Source of the DNA: Vulcanimicrobiota bacterium
GTDB lineage: Bacteria > Vulcanimicrobiota > Vulcanimicrobiia > Eremiobacterales > Eremiobacteraceae
Length of the DNA stretch: 64,000 bases
Direction: 5' to 3'
Assembly: GCA_963805945.1 (NCBI GenBank)
Contig: CAWDVP010000002.1
Coordinates: 128,001-192,000 of the forward strand
Shown here piece by piece: positions 39,528 through 48,550 of the stretch. Numbering within the stretch: position 1 is the stretch's first letter; each line of letters opens with the position of its first letter. A program made the translations under genes and the position numbers. Under the pieces are notes generated by a model, which saw only the letters and a program-made list of their open reading frames with translations, ran no database searches and was not told the origin of the DNA.

Positions 39528-40357
39528 GCGTAGGCCTCCGGCCACAGCACGTCGTCGCTGCGGAACACGGTGCCGTCGATGCAGACGCGCGCGTAGTCGT
39601 TGCTGCGCGAGTCGCGCGGCGCCGGCGGGTAGCCCGTCGCCGGCCCGCTGCCGCGGCGTACCGGGACGACGCACCCCCAGCACGTGCCCATCGAGCAGCC
39701 GAACGTCTCTTCCATAGATATCTCGCACGCGGTGCCGCTCGTCGCGGCATGTCCGCACAGGGCGCGCAGCATGCCGGGCGGACCGCAGCCGTAGATGATG
39801 TCGAAGGCGGGCTGCGCACGCACCAGGTCGAGCACGCTGCCGCGTTCACCCTCGCTGCCGTCGTCCGTGCAGACGGTCAACGGCACGCCGAGCTCGCGCA
39901 GCTCGCGCGCGCCGACGAGCATGCCCTTCGCGCGGGCGCCGAGGATCGCGGTGACTGTGACGCCGGCGTGCAGCAGCTCGCGCGCCAGCAGCCAGAACGG
40001 CACGACGCCGATGCCGCCTGCGGCGATCAGCGCGCGCGTACCTCGCACGGGGATGGTGAACCTGTTCCCGAGCGGCCCGATGCACGACACGCCGGTCCCG
40101 ACGCTCAGGCGCGACAGGCGGCGCGTGCGGTCGCCCCATTCCCTGAACAGCAGCGTGAACTCGTCCGCCTTCGTGGTCCAGACCCCGAGCGGCAGGCGGA
40201 CCGAGAATACACCGGGGACGTCGATCGCCACGTACTGGGCGGCTCCGGCCTCGGCGGCGATCCCGGCCGCGCGGAACCCCAGACACCAAAAACCGGGAGC
40301 GACGTGCTCCCGGCTTATCAAAGTGGCTGTTTCGAGCAGCGGCGTCTGCGATGCCAT
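39524..40357 (-). CDS. pyrK: Dihydroorotate dehydrogenase electron transfer subunit
   Basis: GPLGN, GGIG, TDDGS, CGP, CSMGTCWGC...C [2Fe-2S] motif. Confidence 0.9.
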   Translation of the reverse strand: MASQTPLLETATLISREHVAPGFWCLGFRAAGIAAEAGAAQYVAIDVPGVFSVRLPLGVWTTKADEFTLLFREWGDRTRRLSRLSVGTGVSCIGPLGNRFTIPVRGTRALIAAGGIGVVPFWLLARELLHAGVTVTAILGARAKGMLVGARELRELGVPLTVCTDDGSEGERGSVLDLVRAQPAFDIIYGCGPPGMLRALCGHAATSGTACEISMEETFGCSMGTCWGCVVPVRRGSGPATGYPPAPRDSRSNDYARVCIDGTVFRSDDVLWPEAYA

Positions 40358-40504
40358 CTCCTCGGTGCTTCGCCCCGCTTGACGGTCGACCCTCGAAAAG
40401 TGACGTGCGTCATCATATCTATGACACAGCCGCCGGGACGTCTCAGTCGAACTTTTGACGGGCATTATCCGTATATCTATTGGGGGGAAGCACTGGAGCG
40501 GACC

Positions 40505-40654
40505 ATGCAAGGAATACTGATCTTCAACACTCTCGCCGAGGCGGTCGCCAGCGGCTTCGAAGTGTTCGACCGCACCGCCGACGGCTATCTCGTGCGCAAG
40601 CGCACCGAGCGCGGCTGGGCCATCGCGCTGGCGCGCCAGAAGAACGCCGCCTAA
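40505..40654 (+). CDS. Small 49-aa hypothetical protein
   Basis: GGAG RBS then ATG; MQGILIFNTLAEAVASGFEVFDRTADGYLVRKRTERGWAIALARQKNAA; strong GC3 bias. Confidence 0.8.
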   Translation: MQGILIFNTLAEAVASGFEVFDRTADGYLVRKRTERGWAIALARQKNAA

Positions 40655-40664
40655 GAACGCCCCT

Positions 40665-40693
40665 GACGGTCGAATGAATTCGACCGCTCCAGA
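40665..40693 (-). repeat. REP-like palindrome, GGAG class
   Basis: Identical to the copy at 6581-6609. Confidence 0.85.
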
Positions 40694-40710
40694 TCTGGGG
40701 CCATAAAGCG

Positions 40711-40747
40711 AATCGAGGCGGACCTTGGTCTGCCTCGATCTCTTTTT
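40711..40747 (+). terminator. Intrinsic terminator
   Basis: tcgaggcggac-cttg-gtctgcctcga followed by tctcttttt. Confidence 0.65.
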
Positions 40748-40834
40748 GGACGCCGTGTCGCGCGGGGTGCACTGCGCAGCGCGGCGTCTGTCCGTTATAA
40801 CGCCCTTCGTCCCCGAAAGGTTTCTCCGGCTTCT

Positions 40835-41584
40835 CTAAGGATGCGACGTCCCGCCGGGGATCTGCAGATCGTACGTCACGCCGACGCTCGCGCTCATGTG
40901 TCCGGTCCCCGCAGCCAGCGGCGGCGGCGGCGCGGCGTCCATGCGCATCATCGGCGCGGCTGCCATCGGCGCGGCGATGCTGCTGCCGAAGTTGATCGAG
41001 CGGACGTTGCCCAGTCGCACGCCGGCCGCCGCCGCCGCGATCGACGCCAGGTCGTGCGCCTGCTTGACCGCGCGCTGTAGCGCCTGCTTGTAGAGCGCGT
41101 CGGCTTGACTGGTGTCGAAGGACAGGCCGTATGTCTGATTCGCGCCAGCCCGCAAGCCGGCGTCGAGCGCCGCGCCGGCCTTGTCGACCGACGTCTTCAC
41201 CGCGATGCTTTCTGACGCCACGAACGCCGCCTTCACAGTGTCGGTCGATTGGCGGTAATAGAGATTGTAGTTCTTCGTCTGGATGTCGCCGGCAGGTATG
41301 CCGAGCGACTTGAGCGCCGCGATCACCGCGTTCGCACGGCCGTTGAGGTCGGCGGTGGCGGCGCCGGCGCTTGCGCCCTCGGTGTTGACGCCCAACGTCA
41401 CATACGCGACGTCCGGCGTGTAGTCGACCTCGCCGGTCGCCTGCACGGTGACGCTCGCCATATTGTGCATCGCCATCATCGTCATCATGCTCGTGGGCAT
41501 GGTGTCGGCGGCGACCGGAGCGGCGATGCTCCCGGCTGCCGCGACGACGACCGCACATGCTGCGAGCCTCAAAGCGTTACGCAT
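40835..41584 (-). CDS. SIMPL (DUF541) domain protein
   Basis: Signal peptide; VTVQATGEV..TPDVA, IQTKNYN, ALQRAV..A, SASVGVTY. Confidence 0.88.
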   Translation of the reverse strand: MRNALRLAACAVVVAAAGSIAAPVAADTMPTSMMTMMAMHNMASVTVQATGEVDYTPDVAYVTLGVNTEGASAGAATADLNGRANAVIAALKSLGIPAGDIQTKNYNLYYRQSTDTVKAAFVASESIAVKTSVDKAGAALDAGLRAGANQTYGLSFDTSQADALYKQALQRAVKQAHDLASIAAAAAGVRLGNVRSINFGSSIAAPMAAAPMMRMDAAPPPPLAAGTGHMSASVGVTYDLQIPGGTSHP

Positions 41585-42137
41585 GGGGATCTCTCCTTGC
41601 TGACAGCGCGCTCACCGCGCGGATCTCGTATCGAGTCGTCTCCCCGTCGGGGATGCTCTCGCACAGCACGATCTCGCTGACCGGCATGACGAACCTGCTG
41701 ACCGGGCCGATATCAGGCATGCCGGCGAGCGGCCGCCTGCATCTGCACAGCGTCACGTGAGGCTGACTGTCGTCGGGCAAGTGCGACCCGAGCGCTTCGA
41801 ACGCCTCTCGCGTCGTCTTCGCGCACTCGTCGTACCCGGGCGCAGGTTCGGCGCATCCCAGCCACAGCAGCCGCGGATGACGCTCGTCGGGGAAGCCGCT
41901 CAAGCGGTCGAGGGCGAGGGAGAACGGTGCGCAGCGCGCGGCGGCCCCCGACAGCGCATCCGCGTATGCGGCGACCCGCTCCACCGGCACCGCGCCGAGG
42001 AACGCCAGCGTGCAGTGCAGCTTCTCCGGCCGCTCGAAGCGCGCCGCGACGCCTGCGCGGATGAGCCTGTCGGCGAGCTGCCCGGCGAATGCCCGGGCCT
42101 CGTTCGAAAGGCTGATCGCCGCGAACAAACGGGCCAT
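41577..42137 (-). CDS. thpR: RNA 2',3'-cyclic phosphodiesterase
   Basis: RLFAAI and two HxT motifs (LHCTL, PHVTL). Confidence 0.9.
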   Translation of the reverse strand: MARLFAAISLSNEARAFAGQLADRLIRAGVAARFERPEKLHCTLAFLGAVPVERVAAYADALSGAAARCAPFSLALDRLSGFPDERHPRLLWLGCAEPAPGYDECAKTTREAFEALGSHLPDDSQPHVTLCRCRRPLAGMPDIGPVSRFVMPVSEIVLCESIPDGETTRYEIRAVSALSARRDPHA

Positions 42138-42171
42138 CCCAAGGCCTTGCGAGAAGCCGCCGGCGAGCGCC

Positions 42172-42226
42172 TTCAGGCTGCTCTCACGGCGCATTAATGT
42201 GGGCGCCGGCTGTCCCGTCGTATGCT
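42172..42226 (+). promoter_or_regulatory. Candidate OmpR-type direct-repeat operator and -10 for the response regulator operon
   Basis: TTCAG/CTCAC/TTAAT starting at 42172/42183/42194 (11-bp phase); TATGCT at 42221. Confidence 0.5.
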
Positions 42227-42302
42227 CGGAGCATAGCGGCGACGCACGTGAGAGTCGCAGTGCTTACCACCAGTCGCTGGAAACGACAGGAGCACCGCCA
42301 AC

Positions 42303-43007
42303 ATGTCGCACTCAGGAGTCACCGCGCCGCTCTCCGACCAGAGCAAGCGCAAGATCCTCGTCGTCGAAGACGACGTCCAGATCGCCAAAGTCCTCCGCCT
42401 GGAGCTCGAGCACGAGGGTTTCGACGTCGAGGTGTGCGGCGACGGCGCAAGCGCCATCGAGCGCGCGCTCAAAGGCCCCGACCTCATCATCCTCGATCTC
42501 CTCTTGCCCCGCATCGACGGCCTGGAAGTCTGCCGCCGCGTCCGGCGCCATTCGTCGGTGCCGATCATCATGCTCACCGCCAAAGATGCGGTGCCCGACC
42601 GCATCACCGGCCTCGACACCGGCGCGAACGACTACCTCTCGAAGCCGTTCTCGATCGAGGAGCTGCTCGCGCGCATCCGCGTGCAGCTGCGCGAACGCGA
42701 TCCCGGCGAGCGCACGCTGACCATCAAGGACCTCACGCTCAACCGCGACACGCACGAGGTGATCCGCGCGGGGCGCGCCATCGGCCTGACCGCCAAGGAG
42801 TTCTCGCTGCTCGAGTTCCTCATGATGTATCCCAACAAAGTGCACACGCGCGACGAGATCTTCAACAGCGTGTGGGGATCGGATTTCCTGGGCGAGTCGA
42901 ACCTCATCGACGTCTACATCCGCTACCTGCGCAATAAGGTGGACGAAGGAGCGGACGACAAGCTCATCGCGACCATCCGTGGTGTCGGCTACGCGCTCCG
43001 CACCTAG
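42303..43007 (+). CDS. OmpR/PhoB-family response regulator
   Basis: ILVVEDD, LIILDLLLP, MLTAKD, KPF, winged helix ending TIRGVGY. Confidence 0.95.
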   Translation: MSHSGVTAPLSDQSKRKILVVEDDVQIAKVLRLELEHEGFDVEVCGDGASAIERALKGPDLIILDLLLPRIDGLEVCRRVRRHSSVPIIMLTAKDAVPDRITGLDTGANDYLSKPFSIEELLARIRVQLRERDPGERTLTIKDLTLNRDTHEVIRAGRAIGLTAKEFSLLEFLMMYPNKVHTRDEIFNSVWGSDFLGESNLIDVYIRYLRNKVDEGADDKLIATIRGVGYALRT

Positions 43008-44457
43008 GGCGGACGCGCAGCCGCTCTTCTTCGAAAGCCTGCGCTGGCGACTCACCGTCTGGTATGCGCTCGCCGTCGGCGCGCTGCTGCTCGTGTTCGC
43101 GCTCGTCGTGCTGTTGGGGGCGCAGCGGGTGCTCTACCTGTCGGCGGCGGAGCGCATCGAGGCGGTGTCGAGCTCGTTGCAGTCGTACTCGCGCGCCGGC
43201 AACACGCTGTTCGGCTCGGTCTCGATCATCGAACTGCTCTCGGAGCAGGCGCAGCTCGACACGTTCGCGGGCTCCGGACTGTACATCGAAGCGTTCAATC
43301 CGGCCGGCGCCCGCATCGGCGCGAGCACGAGCCTCGCCGACGTGAATCTGCCGATCTCCGGCTATCGCCCCTGGCGTTACAAGGAGGGCAGCGGCGGCGA
43401 TTGGGGGACCGCCGAAACCGCGCTCGGGCCTGTGCTGGCGCACTGGCACGTCGTCTACGACAACGGCCGCCCGGTGGCGACGGTGTACGTCGCGCAGTCG
43501 CTCGTCGCGGTGCGCCGGGCGCTCACCGCGTTCGCCACGTTCCTGGTGCTGAGCTTCCTCGGCGCGCTCGCGTTGATCATCGCATCCGGCGTGTGGCTGG
43601 CGCGCAGCACGATCGGCCCGATCAACGAGATCTCGGGCGCGGTGGCGGACATCGGCAGCGATGACCTCACGAAGCGGCTCAATTGGGCCGACCGCCGCGA
43701 CGAGCTGGGCCGCCTCGCGGCGCGCTTCGACGACATGCTCGCACGCCTCGAGGCCGCTTTCTTGCGCGAGCGACGCTTCATCTCCGATGCGTCGCACGAG
43801 CTCAAGACGCCGCTCACCGTGATCAACGCGAACGCGCAGATGCTCGAACGCTGGGGCGACAAGGACGCCGAGGTGCGCCGCGAAGCGCTCGAGGCGATCC
43901 GCGCCGAGAGCGCGCAGATGGCGCGCGTCATCAACGCGATGCTCACCCTGGCGAAAACGGACAACAACGATGCGCTCGCGTTCGAACCGCTCAACATGCG
44001 GCCGTTGGTCGATGACGTCGCAGGATCGCTCCGCTCGCGCGCAGCCGAGAAGGGCTTGACGCTCGAGACGCAGTGCGCTGCCGATGCGTATGTGCTGGGC
44101 GAGCCGGGATTGCTGCGCCAGCTCGTGGTCAACCTGACCGAGAACGCGATCAAGTTCACCGAGCACGGCGGCGTGCGCATCTCCGTGCGCGCCGAGAACT
44201 CGCACGCGCACCTCGACGTCGCCGACACGGGACCGGGCATCCCCGCGGACGCCTTGCCGCACGTCTTCGAACGCTTCTATCGGGCGGACCCGGCGCACTC
44301 GCGCGCGGTCGAGGGCACAGGGCTGGGGCTGGCCGTCGTGAGCAGCATCGTGCGCGCTCATGGCGGCGAGATCAAAGTGAAAAGCGCTGTCGGGGAGGGG
44401 ACGACTGTCTCGGTCATCTTGCCGGCGCTCGCGCTCGCCGACGAGGGCGAGCCGTGA
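42979..44457 (+). CDS. Sensor histidine kinase (2 TM, HAMP, HisKA, HATPase)
   Basis: DASHELKTP, NLTENAIKF, DTGPGI, GTGLGL. Confidence 0.95.
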   Translation: MVSATRSAPRADAQPLFFESLRWRLTVWYALAVGALLLVFALVVLLGAQRVLYLSAAERIEAVSSSLQSYSRAGNTLFGSVSIIELLSEQAQLDTFAGSGLYIEAFNPAGARIGASTSLADVNLPISGYRPWRYKEGSGGDWGTAETALGPVLAHWHVVYDNGRPVATVYVAQSLVAVRRALTAFATFLVLSFLGALALIIASGVWLARSTIGPINEISGAVADIGSDDLTKRLNWADRRDELGRLAARFDDMLARLEAAFLRERRFISDASHELKTPLTVINANAQMLERWGDKDAEVRREALEAIRAESAQMARVINAMLTLAKTDNNDALAFEPLNMRPLVDDVAGSLRSRAAEKGLTLETQCAADAYVLGEPGLLRQLVVNLTENAIKFTEHGGVRISVRAENSHAHLDVADTGPGIPADALPHVFERFYRADPAHSRAVEGTGLGLAVVSSIVRAHGGEIKVKSAVGEGTTVSVILPALALADEGEP

Positions 44458-44471
44458 TGCACCGCACTGGT

Positions 44472-44536
44472 CTCATCCGGCGCTCACGTCCGGTTCACCA
44501 CGGCCTCATGCGGTGGGTGCCGCTGCGCGGTACCGT
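44472..44536 (+). promoter_or_regulatory. Four 11-bp-phased YTCAY repeats and a -10-like TACCGT
   Basis: CTCAT 44472, CTCAC 44483, TTCAC 44494, CTCAT 44505; TACCGT 44531. Confidence 0.6.
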
Positions 44537-44573
44537 GAGGGTGGATGGGCGCGCCCGCGGCCCGTCGACCATC

Positions 44574-45500
44574 ATGAAACGCATCAATCTTCTCGCGCTG
44601 GCGCTGGCCGCCGCGGCGGCCCCGCTCTGCATCGTGCTTTCGGCCAAGGCCGATCTCGCGCAGCAGACCGGCGGTCCGCCCGTGGTGACCATCCGCTCGC
44701 AAGGCGGCCAGATCACCGTCCGCTCCGGCGAGCCGGACGGGATCGTGCGCGTGCCCGGCAATGCGCCGGGCGTGCAGATGTCGCATTTCAACGTGAGCGC
44801 GCAAGAGATCCGCATGGTTTTCCCGGGGGAGCGCGGCCAGGCCGGCGGGAACCGCGGCGGCCGGCGTCCGTATTCGTTCCCCGCTCGGCCATTCAACGTG
44901 CCGAACCTGAACGAAGGCCCGCACGGCGTCGCGATCGTGAACCCCGGCAACGACCTCACTGTCGGCGTGCCGAACAAGACCGAGGCGATGTTCATCAACG
45001 CCGGCCCGAGTCCGGTGACGATGGAGCAGACCCACGGACCGTTCGTCATCTTCGGCCAGGGCGACATCGCGCTGCATGGCGTCCAGGGGCGCGGCTGGGT
45101 GCGCACTCCGGCCGGCAATATGGACATCCGCGATCCGTCGGGCGCGCTGCGTCTCGAGACGGCGACGGGCCGCATCGCGATGCAGTCAGGCGCCGCGCTG
45201 GACCGCGCCGAGATCTACTCGCAGAACGGCGACGTCGAGTGGACGATCAACGGCGCCGGCAGCGGTCCGTATCGCATCATCGCCGGCAGCGGGATCGTGA
45301 GGCTGTTCGTGCGGCCGGGCATCGGCGTCAACATCGACGCGAGCAGCGACACGGGCACGGTGGTGAACAACCTCGGTCCCGGCATCGCGGATGTCAGCCT
45401 CGCGCGACCGCATGCGCTTTCGCTGACGATGGGCGGCGGCGGCGCGGAGATCACGGTGCACAGCGTCGGCGCCACCGTCATCATCGCTCCGTCTCCATAG
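44574..45500 (+). CDS. Secreted DUF4097-like beta-solenoid protein
   Basis: Signal peptide; repeated T/S-x-x-G-x-I/V units; ends GGGAEITVHS. Confidence 0.65.
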   Translation: MKRINLLALALAAAAAPLCIVLSAKADLAQQTGGPPVVTIRSQGGQITVRSGEPDGIVRVPGNAPGVQMSHFNVSAQEIRMVFPGERGQAGGNRGGRRPYSFPARPFNVPNLNEGPHGVAIVNPGNDLTVGVPNKTEAMFINAGPSPVTMEQTHGPFVIFGQGDIALHGVQGRGWVRTPAGNMDIRDPSGALRLETATGRIAMQSGAALDRAEIYSQNGDVEWTINGAGSGPYRIIAGSGIVRLFVRPGIGVNIDASSDTGTVVNNLGPGIADVSLARPHALSLTMGGGGAEITVHSVGATVIIAPSP

Positions 45501-45541
45501 CGACCGCGGGAACAACGCGCCGCGCCACGAATACCGGGCGC

Positions 45542-46840
45542 GTGCTTCGCATCTTCGGAGGTCTTCTCGTCGCCGCACTGCTGTGCGTGATGCTCTTCAC
45601 CGACAGATCACCCACGGCCGCCGATGTCATGCCGACGTTCGCGCCGGAGCTCACAGCGGCGCCCTCGCCGTCTCCCACCATCACCCCGCTCCCACCGCCC
45701 ATCTCGCGACCCGACGATGCGCACGGCATCCCGCAGACGACTGCGCCGTACCGCGCTCCCGCGCCGTTCTCGTCACCGGTGCTGCCCGATTCGCTGTGGC
45801 TGTCCACCGCGCCGCTCTTCACCGTGCCGTGCACGCTGCACGCGCAGCGCGTCTACGTGCCCGTCGTCGTGAACGGCAGGCCCGAGACGTTCTTGCTCGA
45901 TTCGGGCGTGCCGTTCTCGACCATCGACCCTGCCGTCGCGCCGACGCAAGACGTACCGATCAAACTGCGCACGCTGCAGATCGGCGAGGTGCGCTTCAAC
46001 GCGCTCACCGCCGGCGTCGCGAAAGTCGAGGCGCGTGCGCGGACGTACTACGGCGCGCCGATAGACGGCGTGCTGGGCCAGGAGCTGTTCTCGCGCTATC
46101 CGGTGAAGATCGACTACCGCAATTGCGCGGTGACGATCTACCGCGACAGCACGACCGCGCTCGCGGAGGCCGGCGACAGCATGCGCCAGGTCCCGCTGCG
46201 TATGATCAACGGCGTGCCGACCGTCTCCTCGTCGCTGCTCGGCGAGCCGGTGACGCTCGACGTCGACACCGGCTCAGACGCGGAGGTGGATGCGACGCAG
46301 GCCTTCGCGAGCGCGCACGCGCTCGTGCCGGTGCCCAACTCGGTGCCCGAGCTGCGGCGCGTCCTGCCCGGCGCTGAGCTGCGCGGCGAGACGCTGCGTG
46401 CCGCGGACTTCTCGGTCGGCAGCGTCATCGTCGAGGGGCCGCTGGTCGGCGTCGTCGCGGGCGAGGCGCCTTTCGACAACGTCGACGGCGACATCGGCGG
46501 CGGCCTGCTCGCGCAGACCACCGTGCTCTTCGACGAGACAGGCGGCGAACTGCTGCTCGCGCCGGCCAGGGTCGCGAGGCCTGCGTACGACCGCAGCGGA
46601 GCCTGGCTGATCCTGCGGCCCAACGGCGTCGTCATCAAGAGCGTCCTGCCGTACTCGCCCGCCGAGCGCGCGGATCTGCGCCAGGGCGATCGCATCCTCG
46701 CCATCGGCGGCTCCGCCAACCCGGACCTGGAAGCCGCGCGCACGCTGCTCGCCGGAACGCCCGGCACGACGCTGACGGTCAAGTACGAACGCAACGGCGC
46801 GGTGCACGCGGCGCCGGTGACGCTGCGGACGCTGCTCTAG
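45542..46840 (+). CDS. Membrane/secreted retropepsin-like aspartyl protease (two domains) with C-terminal PDZ
   Basis: FLLDSG, VDTGS, DGVLG, SPAERADLRQGDRIL. Confidence 0.8.
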   Translation: MLRIFGGLLVAALLCVMLFTDRSPTAADVMPTFAPELTAAPSPSPTITPLPPPISRPDDAHGIPQTTAPYRAPAPFSSPVLPDSLWLSTAPLFTVPCTLHAQRVYVPVVVNGRPETFLLDSGVPFSTIDPAVAPTQDVPIKLRTLQIGEVRFNALTAGVAKVEARARTYYGAPIDGVLGQELFSRYPVKIDYRNCAVTIYRDSTTALAEAGDSMRQVPLRMINGVPTVSSSLLGEPVTLDVDTGSDAEVDATQAFASAHALVPVPNSVPELRRVLPGAELRGETLRAADFSVGSVIVEGPLVGVVAGEAPFDNVDGDIGGGLLAQTTVLFDETGGELLLAPARVARPAYDRSGAWLILRPNGVVIKSVLPYSPAERADLRQGDRILAIGGSANPDLEAARTLLAGTPGTTLTVKYERNGAVHAAPVTLRTLL

Positions 46841-47590
46841 ATGATGCGCATCCGCGATCTTTCGCACATCCGTATCGATCGCGTCGAGTTCCCGAGCGCC
46901 GGCGGCACGGTGCGGGGGCTGTTCTATCATTCGGAGCGGCCGGCGACGTGCGTCGTGTTGTGCCACGGCTATTCAGCCGGGAAACACAACGTCGATCCGC
47001 TCGCCTACCACCTCGCGGCGGAGGGTTACATCGCGCTTGCGTTCGACTTCCTCGGGCACAAGCTCGGCGCCAGCTCGTCACCGCTCGCGCGCGCGGACGA
47101 TCTGCTGTCGAACGCGCTCGACGCGATCGCTTTCGCACGGGAGCAGCCCGGCGTGGGCCGCGTCGTCATCGGCGGTCATAGCATGGGCGCGGCCACCGCG
47201 ATAGGCGCGGCGGTGAGCGCGCCGGACGTCAACGGCGTCATCGCGATGTGCACCGCGCTAGGGCGCGGGCGCCTGCTCGAGGGTACGGGGCTGCTCAACG
47301 GGCTGGTGAATCGGACGGCGTATGTGGACGGCGCCCCGCCGCAGGAGATCACCGCCGTCATGGACGGCTTCACCGCGCGGATCGGCCAGATCGCGCCTCG
47401 GCCGTTGCTCGTGATCGCGGCAGCGAAAGACGCGCTGGTGGCGCCGTCCGCCGTCCGCCAGCTCTTCGATGAAGCAGGCGAACCCAAGACCTACGAGCTG
47501 GTCGATGCGACGCATACCGATTGCGCGGAGCGTTCCCGCTTCGTCGTGCTTAGATGGCTCAAGGCATCGGGTTTCGAATACGCGCACTAG
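46841..47590 (+). CDS. Alpha/beta hydrolase
   Basis: CHG, GHSMG nucleophile elbow, Asp and His positions. Confidence 0.9.
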   Translation: MMRIRDLSHIRIDRVEFPSAGGTVRGLFYHSERPATCVVLCHGYSAGKHNVDPLAYHLAAEGYIALAFDFLGHKLGASSSPLARADDLLSNALDAIAFAREQPGVGRVVIGGHSMGAATAIGAAVSAPDVNGVIAMCTALGRGRLLEGTGLLNGLVNRTAYVDGAPPQEITAVMDGFTARIGQIAPRPLLVIAAAKDALVAPSAVRQLFDEAGEPKTYELVDATHTDCAERSRFVVLRWLKASGFEYAH

Positions 47591-47592
47591 TC

Positions 47593-47619
47593 TGTAGGGG
47601 CCGAACTTTAGTTCGGCTC
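47593..47619 (+). repeat. REP-like palindrome, GTAG class
   Basis: TGTAG-GGGCCGAAC-TTTA-GTTCGGCTC; near-identical reverse complement of 10071-10099. Confidence 0.85.
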
Positions 47620-47634
47620 GTGGGGGGAGACGGC

Positions 47635-48357
47635 ATGAAGAGGTCCACCGTAATCGCGATCGCCGCGTCATGTTGTGTCGTCGCAGTCGCACTGGCGCAG
47701 CCGAACGGCTCGTCGCGCGCCGCGACGAACGCGGCTCAGCCGACGCCCGTCGTGTCGGTGACCACGCTGCCCGCGCTGCCGTCGCCTGGCGCGCCGACCG
47801 CGCATCCGGTCACGCCGCCGTCCGCCGCGGCGACCAACCCGCTCCCGTCCAGCATGAGCGCATCGCCGTTCGGATCCCCGCACGCGACGCCGACCGCGCC
47901 GCCAGCGACCATCGCGCCGCCGCCGCCGGGCACGCTCATCACGATCACCGGCGCGGTCACGCATCCGCTGACCATCTCGCTCGATCAATTGCGCGACATG
48001 CACAAGACGAGCATCACCATGCGCGTCATCGACGCGGACGGCAAGCATCGCTTCCACACCTTTGCAGGCACGCCGTTGAAGGCGGTGCTCAATCTCGCGG
48101 TGCCGTCGAATCCGGGCGGCGCGGACACGTCGGTCAACGCCTACGCCTTGATCACCGGTCTCTCCGGCGGACCTGCGATCGTGGCGTTCCCCGAATTCGA
48201 GAACGATTTCGCGAACAAGACGGTGCTGCTCGCGTACCAGGTGAACGGCAAGCCAGTCAAGATCGGGTCGGTGATGCTGGTGGTAGATGGCGATGCCACC
48301 GTCGGACGCTTCGTCCAAGGCGTCACCAGCATCCAGATCATCGTCGGCGGACCGTAG
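47635..48357 (+). CDS. Secreted Pro-rich protein with molybdopterin-binding oxidoreductase-like C-terminal domain
   Basis: ITGAV.HPL..SLDQL, FAGTPL, VLLAYQVNGKP, RFVQGV. Confidence 0.6.
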   Translation: MKRSTVIAIAASCCVVAVALAQPNGSSRAATNAAQPTPVVSVTTLPALPSPGAPTAHPVTPPSAAATNPLPSSMSASPFGSPHATPTAPPATIAPPPPGTLITITGAVTHPLTISLDQLRDMHKTSITMRVIDADGKHRFHTFAGTPLKAVLNLAVPSNPGGADTSVNAYALITGLSGGPAIVAFPEFENDFANKTVLLAYQVNGKPVKIGSVMLVVDGDATVGRFVQGVTSIQIIVGGP

Positions 48358-48397
48358 TCGCAATCGCGGGGCGCTGCGGCGCAGCGCGGCCGCGGGA

Positions 48398-48427
48398 TTG
48401 CGGCTCGGGGGCGCCGTATGATATGCT
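48398..48427 (+). promoter_or_regulatory. Sigma70-type promoter for the tRNA
   Basis: TTGCGG-N18-TATGCT with TG extended -10. Confidence 0.5.
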
Positions 48428-48440
48428 ACCGCGGGCCCGT

Positions 48441-48513
48441 GGGGATGTAGCTCAGCTGGTAGAGCACTTGCTTCGCATGTAAGGGGTCAGGGGTTCGAGT
48501 CCCCTCATCTCCA
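48441..48513 (+). tRNA. tRNA-Ala(CGC), CCA not encoded
   Basis: Acceptor GGGGATG/CATCTCC with G3:U70; anticodon loop TT-CGC-AT; T-loop GGTTCGAGTCC. Confidence 0.97.
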
Positions 48514-48550
48514 AGGCTTTCCGCGGATTCGCAGCGGGCTACGCCCTTTT

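Noticed and set aside
40358..40500. PyrR attenuator or riboswitch upstream of the pyr operon
   Set aside because: No PyrR-binding loop consensus or leader terminator seen.
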